Assembly (NCBI GenBank): GCA_964649285.1
Contig: CAZYOX010000003.1
Coordinates: forward strand, 1 to 35,292
Length of the DNA stretch: 35,292 bases
Source of the DNA: an uncultured Bryobacterales bacterium
GTDB taxonomy: Bacteria; Acidobacteriota; Terriglobia; Bryobacterales; UBA6623
Direction: 5' to 3'
Position numbers and translations under genes: made by a program
Shown: in pieces, positions 32,808 through 35,292 of the stretch
How the letters are laid out: each line of letters begins with the position of its first letter
How positions within the stretch are numbered: position 1 is the stretch's first letter
The notes under the pieces: model-generated
What the model was told of the DNA's origin: nothing
The model's input: only the letters and a program-made list of their open reading frames with translations
The model's database searches: none

Positions 32808-33212
32808 ATGAACAAGCAACAACGCACACGACGCAACCGCCGGGCCGGCATCACGCTGATCGAGATGCTCGTCGTCATCACGATCATCGCTCTCTTCTCG
32901 GCGATCGCTTACCAGCGGCTGACCCCGGCGCTGGAGCAGGGCCGCGTCACTGCTGCCAGGACGCAGATCGAATCTTTGATGTCCGCCTTGCAGCGCTACA
33001 ACATCGAGAACGGACGCTTCCCAACCCAAGAACAGGGCCTCGACGCCGTGCGGCCTTTCCTCACCAAAGAGATCCCGCTTGACCCCTGGGGGACTCCGTA
33101 TGTCTACCGTTATCCCGGTGAACACAGTTCGGACCCTGAGTTGATCAGTTACGGCGCCGACGGCCAACCGGGCGGGGAAGAGGCGAACGCCGATATCACC
33201 AGCTGGCAATGA
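32808..33212 (+). CDS. gspG: Type II secretion major pseudopilin GspG
   Basis: Prepilin site RRAG|ITLIEMLVV with Glu+5. C-terminal DPWGTPYVYRYPGEH...ISYGADGQPGGEEANADITSW is GspG-specific. Confidence 0.9.
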   Translation: MNKQQRTRRNRRAGITLIEMLVVITIIALFSAIAYQRLTPALEQGRVTAARTQIESLMSALQRYNIENGRFPTQEQGLDAVRPFLTKEIPLDPWGTPYVYRYPGEHSSDPELISYGADGQPGGEEANADITSWQ

Positions 33213-33682
33213 AGGCATCGCCCACAACCAAACGGCCTGGCTCGACGAGCGGCATTACGCTCATCGAGATGCTCGTCGTCGTGGGCATTGTTTCCATCGT
33301 TCTCGCCATCGCTTTCCCCAATGTGACATCCGGGCTCGACGGCATCCGTCTCAAGACCGCCGTGGATCGCGTCGGCAGTTTCTGGTCCGCTGCCCGCCAA
33401 CGGGCCGACCGCTTCCACACGCCGGTGCAAGTCACCGTCGATCCGGAAAAGAACGAATTGCGCGCCGCCTCGGCGGCCAACGACTGGAGCGCGTCGTTCG
33501 ACCTCTCCAATCGCCTGCATGTCGCCGAATTGGAAAAGCCGCAACGCTACGTGCTCTACCCCGGCGCGCCCTCGCCCGACTTTCGTCTAATACTGGAAGC
33601 CGAGAGCGGCGGCCGCGCGGGCATCAAGGTCAACGTCTTCACCGGCGTGCCTGAGGACTGGGAGGGCGATGCCGCGAAGTAG
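33209..33682 (+). CDS. gspH: Minor pseudopilin, GspH-like
   Basis: TSG|ITLIEMLVVVGIVSIV prepilin signal. ATGA overlap with the gspG stop. Assignment is by position in the operon. Confidence 0.65.
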   Translation: MKASPTTKRPGSTSGITLIEMLVVVGIVSIVLAIAFPNVTSGLDGIRLKTAVDRVGSFWSAARQRADRFHTPVQVTVDPEKNELRAASAANDWSASFDLSNRLHVAELEKPQRYVLYPGAPSPDFRLILEAESGGRAGIKVNVFTGVPEDWEGDAAK

Positions 33683-34103
33683 TCAATCCGGCTTCAGTCT
33701 GCTCGAGATGATCGTGGCCACCGCGCTGACCGGTCTCACCGTGGTCGGCTTGCTCTCGCTCACGTCGCAGTCTCTTTCGAACTCCGCGCGCATCCGCGAA
33801 TACGACCGTGCCGCGATGTTGGCACGCACGCAGATGGACGAACTATTGACTGTCGATCCGCCCCTGCTGAACCAGCCGCTCGAAGGGGCCATTGACCCGC
33901 TCACGGGTTGGCAGGCCCGCATCACTCCCGTCGAAGTGGACGTCAATGCCAATGTAGGCGGCACGTTACTGGCGCGCGTCGATCTTACTATCTGGTGGCA
34001 GAGCGACGGCCGTCGAAAGACCTTCCCTCTGGAGGGCTACCGTCGCGTACGCATCGACCCCAGCACCGCTCCCGCCGAACTCGACCAGAGGAGGCTGCCA
34101 TGA
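33669..34103 (+). CDS. gspI: Minor pseudopilin, GspI-like
   Basis: QSG|FSLLEMIVATALTGL prepilin signal. Overlaps the gspH 3' end by 14 nt. Confidence 0.6.
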   Translation: MPRSSQSGFSLLEMIVATALTGLTVVGLLSLTSQSLSNSARIREYDRAAMLARTQMDELLTVDPPLLNQPLEGAIDPLTGWQARITPVEVDVNANVGGTLLARVDLTIWWQSDGRRKTFPLEGYRRVRIDPSTAPAELDQRRLP

Positions 34104-34840
34104 CGTCGCTGCGGAGTCATTCCCGCGCCGGCATGACGCTGATCGAGATCCTCGTCGCCGTCAGCCTGCTCGGCCTGCTTTCGGTTGGGCTGGTCACTGC
34201 GCTGCAAGTAGCCGCCGGCTCCTGGAGCAGTTCGCGCGAGGCTCGCGGACAGGACCGCCGCATTGCCAATGCCAACGCGCTGCTGCACGCGCAGTTCTCC
34301 GGCGTAACGCCTGTCGAGCCGATGACGCTGCGTCCCGGTATGGCGATACCAGCAGGACCGTTCTTCCAAGGCGAGCCAACGGCCATGCGCTTTGTCAGTT
34401 CCTACTCCATGACCGAGGGCGTACGCGGCGGCTTGCAGATCGTAGAGTTGCAAGCCTCGCCCGGCCAAGAAGGGACGCGACTGATTCTGACGCAGACTCC
34501 CTATCAGGGTCCGCTTAGCGTAGGCCGTTTCATCATCGGCATCGAGCCCTTGTCCGAGCCAGCATCCTTCCAGGTTCTTTTCACGCCGCTCGAGACCCGC
34601 GCCGACTCGCTCATCGTCGCCGATCGCCTCTCGGAAGTCCGCTTCTCTTATCTGCGCGGTCCTCGGGGGCCCAATGAGCCGGATACTTGGGTTTCGGTGT
34701 GGGATCAGCCGCGGCAACTGCCGCAGGCCATCCGCGTCGATCTGCGGCCGCTCGAAGACGTCGGCCGCTTGCGGCCCGTTTCTATCGTCAGCGAGGTTCG
34801 GGCGCGGTACGGTCGCGAACGGAGGCGTCCCCGCCGATGA
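34100..34840 (+). CDS. gspJ: Minor pseudopilin, GspJ-like
   Basis: RAG|MTLIEILVAVSLLGLL prepilin signal. ATG 34100 overlaps the gspI stop (ATGA). The track start at 33908 is an out-of-context extension. Confidence 0.6.
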   Translation: MTSLRSHSRAGMTLIEILVAVSLLGLLSVGLVTALQVAAGSWSSSREARGQDRRIANANALLHAQFSGVTPVEPMTLRPGMAIPAGPFFQGEPTAMRFVSSYSMTEGVRGGLQIVELQASPGQEGTRLILTQTPYQGPLSVGRFIIGIEPLSEPASFQVLFTPLETRADSLIVADRLSEVRFSYLRGPRGPNEPDTWVSVWDQPRQLPQAIRVDLRPLEDVGRLRPVSIVSEVRARYGRERRRPRR

Positions 34841-35292
34841 GTCGCCCGACTGATTGCCGCGGCGGCGCTTTGCTGGCCGTCATGTGGTTCGCGGCCGCGC
34901 TGACGGCGATTGCCTTCGCCCTTTCCACGGGCGTGCGGGCCGACTTTGATCGCGCTTCGGTCCAGGCCGACTCGCTGCGCGCTTATTACCTGGCCCACGG
35001 AGCGGTCGAGGCAACCATCCGGCGCATCGCCCGGTCGCCGCGCATCCCCATGGAGGGCCAAGCGCCGTTGTTCGTCATCGGACAGCGCTTTATGCACTAT
35101 CGCTTCGAGGGCGGCAAGGTCGCCGTGGAGATCGTCGCCGAGCGGGGCAAGCTGGACGTGAACCGCGCCTCGGCCGAGGCGTTGTCAAGATTAATGGCAG
35201 CCTCGGGAATTGACCCCGGCCTGGCTGTTCAGCTCGGCGTTGGCATTACCGCCTATCGCGAACAGATGCGCGCCGGCGAAGCCCTTTACGGG
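34837..35292 (+). CDS. gspK: GspK-like minor pseudopilin; C-terminus cut by the window edge
   Basis: Not in the track (runs off the edge). Hand translation gives MSRPTDCRGGALLAVMWFAAALTAIAFALS... (no Glu+5, as in GspK) ...GKLDVNRASAEALSRLM (helix-hairpin-helix-like 'LDVN.A' motif typical of GspK). ATGA overlap with the gspJ stop. Confidence 0.65.
   Translation, partial: MSRPTDCRGGALLAVMWFAAALTAIAFALSTGVRADFDRASVQADSLRAYYLAHGAVEATIRRIARSPRIPMEGQAPLFVIGQRFMHYRFEGGKVAVEIVAERGKLDVNRASAEALSRLMAASGIDPGLAVQLGVGITAYREQMRAGEALYG

Noticed and set aside
1-35292. Scan for CRISPR arrays, rRNA, long tandem or direct repeats, and IS inverted-repeat pairs flanking the 30.6-31.6 kb insert.
   Set aside because: No regularly spaced repeats or rRNA-like segments were seen by eye. 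Only a single hairpin (31060..31079) follows the transposase homologue and no matching structure lies upstream, so a complete IS200/IS605 element cannot be claimed.

Overview
High-GC, very gene-dense bacterial chromosomal segment with about 43 protein-coding genes and no rRNA, tRNA or CRISPR. Taxon cannot be fixed without a search; Tat/lipoprotein-rich proteins and the gene families suggest an Acidobacteria- or Planctomycetes-like soil bacterium. Left to right: an edge-truncated glycosidase-like lipoprotein; an orphan histidine kinase; a small PLP/TPP enzyme cassette (D-threonine-aldolase-like, DegT aminotransferase, TPP enzyme); a YugP-type Zn peptidase; an SDR; a tandem GNAT; a stand-alone OmpR-type winged-helix protein; an ArnT/PMT-like glycosyltransferase; ppa; a Tat-signal TIM-barrel isomerase; two SAM methyltransferases with a MarR regulator; an IlvD/Edd sugar-acid dehydratase; a same-strand cytochrome c / glutaredoxin-like / S1-P1 nuclease / radical-SAM-SPASM cluster; rlmH-rsfS; YjbQ and YjbR; and a wzm-wzt-fused GT2/GT4 polysaccharide export operon. 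A 351-bp lower-GC intergenic region follows. Then an ECF sigma / anti-sigma / secreted-protein module runs straight into a type II secretion operon (gspE, F, G, H, I, J, K; K is cut by the window edge). Most notable points: (1) about 1 kb of visibly lower-GC DNA between gspE and gspF carries an IS200-like Y1/HUH transposase homologue, whose conserved N-terminus lacks a canonical start, plus an orphan CdiI-like immunity gene. (2) GspE has a textbook tandem MshEN c-di-GMP-binding motif. (3) The ECF module sits 4 nt upstream of gspE. (4) A candidate minus-strand sRNA with CU-rich anti-SD motifs and an intrinsic terminator lies in the large intergenic region. (5) Dense nested palindromes overlap a probable leaderless marR promoter. 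(6) Every convergent gene junction has zero or negative intergenic spacing. Three CDS (1..755 minus, the extended 5' part of the transposase homologue, 34837..35292 plus) are missing or incomplete in the ORF track and were read by hand.
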